Shown: positions 1 through 7,822 of the stretch, piece after piece
Numbering within the stretch: position 1 is the first letter of the stretch
Layout: every line of letters starts with the position of its first letter
Origin: an uncultured bacterium
GTDB taxonomy: Bacteria > Abyssobacteria > SURF-5
NCBI GenBank assembly: GCA_964510165.1
Contig: CAZEBC010000132.1
Coordinates: forward strand, 1-11,227
Direction: 5' to 3'
Length of the DNA: 11,227 nt
Notes under the pieces: model-generated
The model's database searches: none
What the model saw: the letters and a program-made list of their open reading frames with translations, nothing else
Told to the model about the DNA's origin: nothing
Program-made: the position numbers and the translations under genes

Positions 1-70
1 TAATATTGTGTCCAAAGCAAGGGGAACAGCGCGGCTTAACAGGCTTGGGGCTGGACATGCACCGAAAGCG

Positions 71-595
71 TCATTTTACGAAGTTCAAATCGAGGTTCAT
101 TTCGGCGGCCAGACGCAGGAGATCATCCTTGACGGTGGCGATCGATGTGGTCGCCGGGACATTTGCCTCCAGAATCAGGTCAAACAGGGAAGCGCCGGAC
201 AGGGGAGCGCTGGTAACCCGGGTATCCAGGGTCAGGATGTTCACATTGTGGTGATGCAGAAGAGAGACAACCTTCTGGACAATTCCCGGATGGTCCATGG
301 AGATTATCTCAAGCTTCAAAGGGAGGCCTGCCTGTCGCGGAACAGCGGCCGGGTCATCCGCCTCGTGAAGAGAGACCTCAAACCCCGTCGCCCTGAGTTT
401 GTCCAAATCGCGAGTGATCGCACTCAGTTGCTCCGAACTGCATGAAAAGAGAGTCATGACAGAGAATCGTCCTCCGAGGGCAGCCATGCGGCTGTCTTCA
501 ATGTTTGCTCCTCGCTCGAAGAGGAAAGTCGAGACATCGTCCGCGATTCCGGGGCGATCCCTTCCCACCAGGAATAATATCCTATATTCCTTCAT
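71..595 (-). CDS. gcvR: GcvR-like double ACT-domain protein (glycine cleavage regulator family)
   Basis: 174 aa with two ACT starts (GRDRPGI...NIEDSRM and MDHPGIV...NILTLDT). Last gene of the gcv cluster; its ATG overlaps the lipB stop (ATGA, 592-595). Confidence 0.8.
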   Translation of the reverse strand: MKEYRILFLVGRDRPGIADDVSTFLFERGANIEDSRMAALGGRFSVMTLFSCSSEQLSAITRDLDKLRATGFEVSLHEADDPAAVPRQAGLPLKLEIISMDHPGIVQKVVSLLHHHNVNILTLDTRVTSAPLSGASLFDLILEANVPATTSIATVKDDLLRLAAEMNLDLNFVK

Positions 596-1311
596 CTGGC
601 CGTCCCCTGGTAAGATAATACCATTTCAAACTCCGATCTCTTCAATGGAACAATTTGTACTTCGAAGACTCTTTCGAGTTGACGCAAGAGAGCCTCCTTC
701 ACATTATCCAAAGGCAATTCCCGCGACAATTCTTGCTGCATTGAAGTCATGCTTGCTCCCTTGAGTCCACACGGATCAACCCACTCAAACGGTTCCAGCG
801 AAACATTCGCGTTCAGTGCGAGGCCGTGAAACGTGATCCCGTGGCGAATTGCCACGCCGATGCTTCCCAGTTTTCTCCCGCCTGCCCAGACTCCTCTGTT
901 CAAGCTGTTCCGTTCCGCTGGAATACCCCACTCCCCCGCCACACCAATCATGGCCTCTTCTAGACCGGAGATGTACTCGTCGGCGCTCAGTCCGGCCTTC
1001 GCCAGGCATATGATGGGATATACGACCAACTGGCCGGGTCCGTGAAAAGTGACGCTGCCCCCTCGCTCCGTTTGCATGACGGCAATTCCCGATTCTTCGA
1101 GAAAGCGTTCCGTGACCTTAATGCTCTCTCGGCCGCCCCTTCGACCGAGCGTGAATACGGGATGATGCTGCACTGAAATGACAACGTCTGAATCGAGCTC
1201 CCCACTGAATCTCGCGGCAACAAGGCTGTGCTGAAGATTCCACGTCGCCAGGTAGTCCATAACCGGCAACTCGATCAGCCGCCAGTTTTTCGTTTTCGAC
1301 GAAACAGCCAT
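592..1311 (-). CDS. lipB: Lipoyl(octanoyl) transferase LipB
   Basis: LipB motifs HHPVFTLGRR, RGGSVTFHGPGQLVVYPI, KLGSIGV, HGLALN and catalytic PCG; located in the gcv cluster. Confidence 0.95.
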   Translation of the reverse strand: MAVSSKTKNWRLIELPVMDYLATWNLQHSLVAARFSGELDSDVVISVQHHPVFTLGRRGGRESIKVTERFLEESGIAVMQTERGGSVTFHGPGQLVVYPIICLAKAGLSADEYISGLEEAMIGVAGEWGIPAERNSLNRGVWAGGRKLGSIGVAIRHGITFHGLALNANVSLEPFEWVDPCGLKGASMTSMQQELSRELPLDNVKEALLRQLERVFEVQIVPLKRSEFEMVLSYQGTAR

Positions 1312-1338
1312 GCTCTTCTGACGCCCTCGGTCGCCCGG

Positions 1339-2796
1339 TTACCCTGTGAGACACGGATGCCGTGCGGCTCCGGTCTCATCCAGTCTCCTGACCTTGCTTC
1401 TGTCAGGCGCGGTGCGAAGCGCCTCCAGGCCCGACTCCGCCTCGCCTGCAATGGTTTTGCAGACCTCGATGAAAAGGTCTATCTCTTCTTTGGATTCGGT
1501 CTCGGTAGGTTCTACCATGATTGCGCCGCTCACCACCAATGGAAAGTAAACCGTCGGCGGATGAAATCCATAATCAATGAGGCGTTTTGCTATTTCAAGG
1601 GTTGTGATCTTATGCTGCCTCTGCAATTTGTCCGAGAACACGCACTCATGCATGCAGGGGCGATCATAGGGAAGATGAAACACGTCTTTCAACCTGGCCC
1701 TGATGTAATTGGCGTTCAGGACAGCAAGCTGGCTGGCCTTCTTCAGGTTTTCGGCGCCCATGCTGAGGATGTACGCATACGCTCTTATCATGACGCCGAA
1801 GTTTCCATAAAATGAGTGGATTCTTCCGATGGAGTCCGGATTCTCATAGGAAAGAGAGTACTTGCCGCCGCCCTCCGTTACGCGAGGGACAGGCAAGAAC
1901 TTCTCAAGGTGTTTCTTCACGCACACGGGGCCGGAGCCTGGGCCGCCTCCTCCATGCGGGGTGGAGAACGTCTTGTGAAGGTTGAGATGTTGAACGTCCA
2001 CCCCGATGTCTCCCATCCGAACAATACCCATCACCGCGTTCATGTTTGCGCCGTCGCCGTAAACGAGCCCGCCCTTCGCGTGCACAATCCTGGCAATTTC
2101 GATGATGTTCTCTTCAAACAGGCCGAGCGTGTTCGGATTGGTGATCATTATGCCCGCCGTTTCTTCATCCATGACCTCGGCAACTGCTTCCGGAGAGAGA
2201 ACCCCCCGTTCATTCGACCTCACCGGCACCGGTTGATACCCGCACAGTGCGGCGCTCGCCGGGTTTGTGCCGTGTGCGGTATCCGGCACAATGATTTTGG
2301 AGCGAAAAGTGCCGTTGCTCTTGTGAAACGCGTTGATGATGAGCATTCCGGTGAGTTCCCCGTGGGCTCCAGCGGCGGGTTGGAGCGAGACTGCGTCCAT
2401 CCCGGTGATCTCGGCTAATAACCGTTCGAGATTGAACATCAACCTCAGCATGCCTTGTGAGAGCGACGCCGGAAGTAAGGGATGCGCGCCGGCGAGTCCC
2501 GGATGGGCCGCCAGCTTCTCGTTGAGTTTCGGGTTGTACTTCATGGTGCAGGAGCCCAATGGATACATTCCGGTATCGACACCGAAGTTCCATTGCGATA
2601 GCCGCACATAGTGGCGCACGACGTCGAGTTCGCTCAAATCCGGAAAATCCGGGCCGCCACCCTCGATACTCTTGTCCAAAGGGAACGAGTCTACGTCGCT
2701 GACGGGGAGACTCATACCGCTGCGTCCCTTTTTCCCCTTCTCCCAGAGCAGTGGTTCGTTAAAGATCAAGCCCGTGGCGCCAGGAAATTCCGTCAT
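1339..2796 (-). CDS. gcvPB: Glycine dehydrogenase (decarboxylating) P-protein subunit 2
   Basis: PLGSCTMKYNP, QPAAGAHGE, AHGTNPASA and PLP-lysine motif LNLHKTFSTPHGGGGPG. Start placed at ATG 2796 (GGAGG RBS 7 nt upstream, ATGA overlap with the gcvPA stop) rather than 2856. Confidence 0.96.
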   Translation of the reverse strand: MTEFPGATGLIFNEPLLWEKGKKGRSGMSLPVSDVDSFPLDKSIEGGGPDFPDLSELDVVRHYVRLSQWNFGVDTGMYPLGSCTMKYNPKLNEKLAAHPGLAGAHPLLPASLSQGMLRLMFNLERLLAEITGMDAVSLQPAAGAHGELTGMLIINAFHKSNGTFRSKIIVPDTAHGTNPASAALCGYQPVPVRSNERGVLSPEAVAEVMDEETAGIMITNPNTLGLFEENIIEIARIVHAKGGLVYGDGANMNAVMGIVRMGDIGVDVQHLNLHKTFSTPHGGGGPGSGPVCVKKHLEKFLPVPRVTEGGGKYSLSYENPDSIGRIHSFYGNFGVMIRAYAYILSMGAENLKKASQLAVLNANYIRARLKDVFHLPYDRPCMHECVFSDKLQRQHKITTLEIAKRLIDYGFHPPTVYFPLVVSGAIMVEPTETESKEEIDLFIEVCKTIAGEAESGLEALRTAPDRSKVRRLDETGAARHPCLTG

Positions 2797-4112
2797 TGTT
2801 GAACCTCCCTCACGAGGGCATCCATGTCTTTCCTGGTCTTTGCTTCGGTAACGCACAGCAGGTGTTGGCCGGCAAGCTCGGGATAATAGGCATCCAACGG
2901 AAGGCCGGCCAATATGTTCTTTTCAAGCAGTCTTTCATACGTGGAACGCGCATGCTTCGGATACTTCACCACGAATTCATTGAACGTCGCGGATGGGAAT
3001 GTGATGGTACATCCCGCCTTTTTCAGCGCGCTCTTGAGATATTCGGTCTTATCGTAATTGAGTCGGGCCAGTTTCCGAATGCCCGTCCCGCCGAGAGAAG
3101 CCATGTAAATCGCGGATGCCAGGGCGCAGAGACTATGATTGGTACAGATATTAGAGGTCGCTTTTTCTCTCCGGATGTGCTGTTCCCTTGTGGCGAGCGT
3201 CAGCACGAAACCGCGCTTTCCGTTTACATCCGTGGTTTGGCCCACCAGGCGTCCCGGCATGTTTCTGACGTAGTTCATCCTGGTGGCGAACATCCCCAGC
3301 CCCGGCCCTCCGAACCATTGCGGGATACCAAGGCTCTGGCCTTCTCCGCAGGCTATGTCGGCGCCCTGTTCGCCCGGGTTCTTGAGAATCCCGTACGCCA
3401 ACGGCTCCGTGAATGCGACCACACAGAGCGCGCCTTTCCCATGGGCTTCTTGTGCGACTTCGTCAACACGCTCGACGATGCCGAAAAAATTCGGTGACTG
3501 CACGGCAATTGCGGCCAATCCATCATGCACGTCAATGTTTGAAAAGTCTGTGCGACCTTCAGTGTCATACACTAGCTCCACCACTTCATATCCAGTGGGC
3601 GCAAAATAAGTCTTGATCACCTGCCGATAAAAAGGATGAACCAGGCGTGACACGGCCACCTTCCCGCGCTTGGTCACGCGAATGGCCATAAGCAACGCTT
3701 CCGCCAGGGCGGACGCGCCGTCGTACAGCGACGCATTGGCCACTTCCATCCCCAGGAGCCGGGCCGTCAGCGTCTGGTACTCATAAATGGCCTGGAGCGT
3801 GCCCTGGCTGACTTCCGGCTGGTAAGGAGTGTACGCGGTCGCAAACTCGGAGCGCCCTGCAAGGAAGGATACGGTCTCCGGAATATGGTGCTCGTAGCTG
3901 CCCGCCCCTATGAATACCTTGCAGCCGTGATGTGCAGAAAGGGCTGCCATGTGTTCCTTGAGTTCCCATTCCGTCATCGGGCCGGGGAGATTCAATTCCC
4001 CTGGATACCGACAACCTTTGGGCACAGTGGAGAAAAGCTCGTCAAGGCTGGCCGCGCCAACCGTCTTGAGCATCGAAGCAATATCTTCATCGGTATGAGG
4101 AAGGAAGCGCAT
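2793..4112 (-). CDS. gcvPA: Glycine dehydrogenase (decarboxylating) P-protein subunit 1
   Basis: TAYTPYQPEVSQGTLQAIYEYQ, ANASLYDGASALAEA, GGPGLG, TREQHIRREKATSNICTN. Its ATG directly abuts the gcvH TAG. Confidence 0.96.
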   Translation of the reverse strand: MRFLPHTDEDIASMLKTVGAASLDELFSTVPKGCRYPGELNLPGPMTEWELKEHMAALSAHHGCKVFIGAGSYEHHIPETVSFLAGRSEFATAYTPYQPEVSQGTLQAIYEYQTLTARLLGMEVANASLYDGASALAEALLMAIRVTKRGKVAVSRLVHPFYRQVIKTYFAPTGYEVVELVYDTEGRTDFSNIDVHDGLAAIAVQSPNFFGIVERVDEVAQEAHGKGALCVVAFTEPLAYGILKNPGEQGADIACGEGQSLGIPQWFGGPGLGMFATRMNYVRNMPGRLVGQTTDVNGKRGFVLTLATREQHIRREKATSNICTNHSLCALASAIYMASLGGTGIRKLARLNYDKTEYLKSALKKAGCTITFPSATFNEFVVKYPKHARSTYERLLEKNILAGLPLDAYYPELAGQHLLCVTEAKTRKDMDALVREVQQ

Positions 4113-4517
4113 CTAATCTGTTCCTTTCAGCTTTTCCAGATAATCCTTCCTGTTCAACAAGGAGTCCAACTCAGCCGGGTTATGCGGCTTCACCATGATT
4201 ATCCATCCGTCACCGTAAGGGTCCTTGTTTATCAGGTCGGGCGAGTCCTCCAGAGTCTCGTTCACCGCCACAACCTCTCCGCCGAGCGGCATAAACAGTT
4301 CGGAAACGGCCTTCGTTGATTCCACGGTTCCGAACTCGTCGCCTGGATTGAAGGTCGTGCCAACTTCGGGCATGCCCACAAACGTGATGTCGCCCAGTTG
4401 ATCCTGGGCATAATCGGAAATGCCTATTCGCACCTTGTCACCCTCGCGCCTCGCCCACTCGTGGTCTTCGGAATATCGGATGTCATCGGGAAAATTCAGC
4501 TCGCCTAGCTCCTTCAT
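4113..4517 (-). CDS. gcvH: Glycine cleavage system H protein
   Basis: HEW, GISDYAQDQLGDI, lipoyl-lysine motif VESTKAVSEL, INKDPYGDGW. Start at ATG 4517 with a GAAGGAG RBS 6 nt upstream (134 aa). Confidence 0.96.
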   Translation of the reverse strand: MKELGELNFPDDIRYSEDHEWARREGDKVRIGISDYAQDQLGDITFVGMPEVGTTFNPGDEFGTVESTKAVSELFMPLGGEVVAVNETLEDSPDLINKDPYGDGWIIMVKPHNPAELDSLLNRKDYLEKLKGTD

Positions 4518-4540
4518 CTCATGCTCCTTCTCTCTAGGTC

Positions 4541-4573
4541 GGGCGCAGCCACGCTGAGGCGTGGGGCCCCTAC
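4541..4573 (-). repeat. Degenerate GTAG-type REP-like hairpin overlapping the gcvT-glyA stop codon
   Basis: Minus strand reads GTAGGGGCCCCACGC-CTCA-GCGTGGCTGCGCCC, with a perfect 6-bp CCACGC/GCGTGG stem. It starts GTAGGGGC and ends GCGCCC, like the REP at 10232-10257. Confidence 0.45.
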
Positions 4574-7215
4574 AGTAACTCGTGAAGTTTTTGCAGTATA
4601 TCCGCGTACTCATCTCCGCGGAAACAGAACTGAATCTCGCAGAACGGCTTTCGCAGTTCCTTGATGCGCTCCTTCACATTTTTTCCTCTGATAATGACAT
4701 CGCTCATCAGTTCTGCCATGCGCCTGAACTGTTCCTCGCCCATGCCGAACCGGGTCATCTCCGCGACTCCGAGCCTCAACCCGCCCGCCGCCGTAAACCC
4801 CTCATCCTCAGGGGTGGCCTGGTAGTTGCAGATGATGTTATTGGTTTCGAGACGCCTTGCCATCTCGGGCCCACGCGAATACCCGACGTTCACAACCACC
4901 TGGTGTGTTTCGGTATAGCTGATAGACGGGTCCCCGGCCACATCCAGCCCGCACTCTTTCAGCGCCCTCGCGAACGCCTTCGCGTTGGCGATCACTTTCG
5001 GCTGATACTCGTCCTTGAAATGGTTCATCTCGAAAGCGGCCATCAGCAAACCAAGCAGGGTTCCGAGGTGATGATTCGAGACCGAGCCGGGGAATGTCCG
5101 GCGGAGCACTGCCTCCCAGAGTTCGTACCGCACGTCATGCTCCACGAAACGCGAGCCTATAACCCCGCGCTGCGTGCCGAAAAACGTCTTGTGCGTGGAG
5201 CCGGTCACGAAGTCCGCCCCTTCCTCAAATGGTGTCTGGAAGTGCGGCCCTAGCAGCCCGAGCACATGCGCTGCATCGTACATCACAATGCAATTGATTC
5301 CTTGGGCGTCGAGAAAACGCCGAATCTCGGCCACCGGCTCCTTGTGCAGGAACATGCTCTTGCCGAAGACGATCAAATCAGGGCGGTAATCGTCAATCAA
5401 CTCCAGCGTGGCTGGCAGGTCGATCTTGTAACGGTTTTCCTCAAGCACGGGGAAATTCTCGACCGCCGCCCGCTCGGTCAAAAGATCGCGCGCGACGTAG
5501 TCGCGCAACGCGCCCATCGGCTGAGCGCTCAGGTGGCCGCCCTTGCCTATATGGTGGTTCAACACGCGGGCGATGCGCAGCGGCTCACGTTTGCGGTCGG
5601 CGAAGTTGATGTAGTCCACCAACGCGCTGAAGACCGCCATGTTGGCCGTCTGGCCGCTGATCAGGCGCATCTCGACTTCCTCACATCCGAGAAATTTTCT
5701 GAATTCCTCGTCCAGCAGCCGCTCGACCTCCGCGATGAAATCGGTGCCCTGATAGTAGAAGACCTCGGCCTCGTAGAGCGCCTCCATCTTCTTGTGCTCG
5801 GCATAACGGAATGCCGGGTCCATCACCGACAACAGCCTCGCCATGGGCGAGGCCGTCATCTCCGAAGGAATGAGGTTGACGCACTCCCGCTGACGCCATA
5901 CCGTGTTCTCGAGCGCCTTTTCCAGGAGGAGGTGCACCTTGGCGGACACTTGGCTTGGCGCGGATTTTCCCTCCGGCAATTCCTGACCATAAACGATCGG
6001 GCGGGCGTAGGGCGGCGCCTCTCCCCGAAGATGGAACGGAACCACGATGGCCTCGACCTTCTTGCCGCGTATTTCGACCGTCACCCGCTCGTCCTCGATG
6101 ATGTCGCTATCAAGCAGAGCGAGTGCGATTGCGCGCAGCTTGTGTTGGTCGCCCGGAACGGAAGTTAAACCCTCTCCTTCAAACACCCACATCGGCACGG
6201 TCGTGCCGCTGGTCACATAGCCGACATGTCGCCCGTCTTTGAAGACCTTGTCGCCCGCCCGGGCCACTCCACGGCCGAGCATCGTGATCGGTCGAATCAT
6301 TCGCGGCAAATCGGCGATCAGCGAGTAATCGCCGTACACGATCCTCTTGAACGCCTCTTGCTGACGTTCCAGCGCTGCCCGACCGACATAATTTCCCTTT
6401 AGCGGAGAAAAGCTTACGGCGAATTTGGCCAGTGGAACTGCAAAGATGGGAATTTCCTTTCCCTCGGAGTCCTTGCCCAACTCATGCCCATACAGCGGCA
6501 GGCCCGCTTCCAGCCGGAGTGTGTCGCGTGCGCCGAGTCCGCATGGGGTAGCGCCCTCGGCGACAAAAGTGTCCCATAGACAAGACGCGCTCTCGCGCTT
6601 GACAAAAAGCTCGAACCGGATTGGTTCGCCTGTATAGCCAGTGCGTCCCACCATCACGTCTGCATCGCAGATTCTGACGGTGCTCAATTCATTCGGCAAC
6701 GGTTCGGGCAGCCGACCGGACTGGATGACCTTGAGGAGTATCTCTCGCGACACCGACCCCTGCAGCGCCAACATCGCCAATTCTTCCGTATGATCAGCCA
6801 GCTCCACATCGCTGAACTGCTTCAATAATGACCGAAGATGCTCCAGGTCCTTTCCGCGATTGTCAGCGTTGACGACGAGCAGATATTCATCCTCCACAAA
6901 GCGGTACAGGTATGCGTCGTCGACGGCGCCCCCTGTCTCGTTCGGAATGAAGGTATACTGAGCTTGCTCAAGATCAAGCGCCTGGGCGTTGTTGCTCAGC
7001 GCGTGTTGAAGGAAGCGGATCGCTCCGGGGCCGCGTATAGTCATTCGGCCCATATGCGAAATGTCGAAGACGCCCGCTCGCTTGCGTGTCGCGAGGTGTT
7101 CGCCCACAATGCCGGCGGGGTAATAAAGCGGCATCTCCCAGCCGACGAAGTCAACCATCTTCGCACCGAGCGCAACGTGCCGGTCATGGCAGACAGTTCG
7201 TCGAAGCTCTTTCAT
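4570..7215 (-). CDS. gcvT: Bifunctional fusion: N-terminal aminomethyltransferase GcvT plus C-terminal serine hydroxymethyltransferase (GlyA, archaeal-type motifs)
   Basis: One uninterrupted ORF of ~881 aa (alternative ATG at 7224 gives 884 aa). GcvT half: FVGWEMP, FDISHMG, GGAVDD, RTGYTGE, GLGARDTLRLEAGLPLYGHEL, VGYVTSG. SHMT half (from ~5950): NLIPSE, RYAE, YYQG, GGHLS, YDAAHVLGL, STHKTFFG (PLP Lys at 5188-5190), GLRLG. Confidence 0.93.
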   Translation of the reverse strand: MKELRRTVCHDRHVALGAKMVDFVGWEMPLYYPAGIVGEHLATRKRAGVFDISHMGRMTIRGPGAIRFLQHALSNNAQALDLEQAQYTFIPNETGGAVDDAYLYRFVEDEYLLVVNADNRGKDLEHLRSLLKQFSDVELADHTEELAMLALQGSVSREILLKVIQSGRLPEPLPNELSTVRICDADVMVGRTGYTGEPIRFELFVKRESASCLWDTFVAEGATPCGLGARDTLRLEAGLPLYGHELGKDSEGKEIPIFAVPLAKFAVSFSPLKGNYVGRAALERQQEAFKRIVYGDYSLIADLPRMIRPITMLGRGVARAGDKVFKDGRHVGYVTSGTTVPMWVFEGEGLTSVPGDQHKLRAIALALLDSDIIEDERVTVEIRGKKVEAIVVPFHLRGEAPPYARPIVYGQELPEGKSAPSQVSAKVHLLLEKALENTVWRQRECVNLIPSEMTASPMARLLSVMDPAFRYAEHKKMEALYEAEVFYYQGTDFIAEVERLLDEEFRKFLGCEEVEMRLISGQTANMAVFSALVDYINFADRKREPLRIARVLNHHIGKGGHLSAQPMGALRDYVARDLLTERAAVENFPVLEENRYKIDLPATLELIDDYRPDLIVFGKSMFLHKEPVAEIRRFLDAQGINCIVMYDAAHVLGLLGPHFQTPFEEGADFVTGSTHKTFFGTQRGVIGSRFVEHDVRYELWEAVLRRTFPGSVSNHHLGTLLGLLMAAFEMNHFKDEYQPKVIANAKAFARALKECGLDVAGDPSISYTETHQVVVNVGYSRGPEMARRLETNNIICNYQATPEDEGFTAAGGLRLGVAEMTRFGMGEEQFRRMAELMSDVIIRGKNVKERIKELRKPFCEIQFCFRGDEYADILQKLHELL

Positions 7216-7730
7216 CTCTTGCATACTCTCTGGATGATTGCGTTAACGACGGCGTCAATGCCGTCAGTTTCAGAAATCTCTATCACTATGTCAGCGTAGT
7301 TCCTGTAAAGAGGCAGCCGATCCTCAAAAAGCGCTCTCAAACCTTTCTTCTTAAGTCCGACGATACCACGCGTGTCTTTGTTCGCAAGGCGGTTCTCTAT
7401 GCTCCCGAATGACGCATGCAAGAATACGATTGCTGAGTGTTCTCTCAAAAACTGCATCGCAGCCCTTGAATAGATTACACTGCCGCCGGGGGAAATGATG
7501 CTCCTCTCGACTTTGCCCAGGCTCAGGACCGCTCGTTCCTCGATTTCCAGAAACTTCTCGTCGCCGGAATTGTCGAGTGTCTCTTGCAGCTTCTGCCCTG
7601 TCGCTCGTTCGATTATTTCATCAATCTCGACAAATGCATAATCGAGTCGCCTGGCCAGTTCCCGGCCTATCACGCTCTTGCCGACGCCGGCCATTCCAAT
7701 CAGGGTTATGTTCGTACTCATAGCTTTCAT
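7212..7730 (-). CDS. Shikimate-kinase-fold P-loop kinase (AroK-like; substrate uncertain)
   Basis: NITLIGMAGVGKS Walker A, DEIIE, ISPGGSVIY and C-terminal RLPLY; ~170 aa. Start at ATG 7730 or 7721. Its stop overlaps the gcvT ATG (ATGA, 7212-7215). Confidence 0.85.
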   Translation of the reverse strand: MKAMSTNITLIGMAGVGKSVIGRELARRLDYAFVEIDEIIERATGQKLQETLDNSGDEKFLEIEERAVLSLGKVERSIISPGGSVIYSRAAMQFLREHSAIVFLHASFGSIENRLANKDTRGIVGLKKKGLRALFEDRLPLYRNYADIVIEISETDGIDAVVNAIIQRVCKR

Positions 7731-7751
7731 GTGCCAAATTCCATATGCGGC

Positions 7752-7781
7752 AGTATACATCAAGAAGTTTTGCCGTATCAA
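7752..7781 (-). promoter_or_regulatory. Putative sigma70 promoter of the kinase-gcv operon
   Basis: Minus strand TTGATA (7781-7776), 18-nt spacer, TATACT (7757-7752), about 20 nt upstream of ATG 7730. Confidence 0.5.
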
Positions 7782-7784
7782 CTG

Positions 7785-7811
7785 CGCCGCCAGTTGCAAT
7801 AATTGGCGGCG
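7785..7811. promoter_or_regulatory. Inverted repeat, candidate operator between divergent promoters
   Basis: CGCCGCCAGTT-GCAAT-AATTGGCGGCG: 11-bp arms with 10/11 matched and a 5-nt spacer. Overlaps the -35 of the + strand promoter. Confidence 0.5.
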
Positions 7812-7822
7812 ACAGATAGAAT
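7794..7822 (+). promoter_or_regulatory. Putative sigma70 promoter of the molybdopterin oxidoreductase gene
   Basis: TTGCAA (7794-7799), 17-nt spacer, TAGAAT (7817-7822). RBS AGAGGA at 7875-7880 precedes ATG 7888. Confidence 0.55.

Noticed and set aside
4518-4613. Extended start for gcvH (and likewise 2797-2856 for gcvPB)
   Set aside because: The extensions overlap upstream genes; strong RBSs support ATG 4517 and ATG 2796.
4582-6168. Long antisense ORFs (4582-5253, 5266-6168; similarly 1816-2418, 2796-3497, 9337-10092, and frame-shifted 8745-9533)
   Set aside because: Shadow frames of GC-rich genes with no recognisable motifs.
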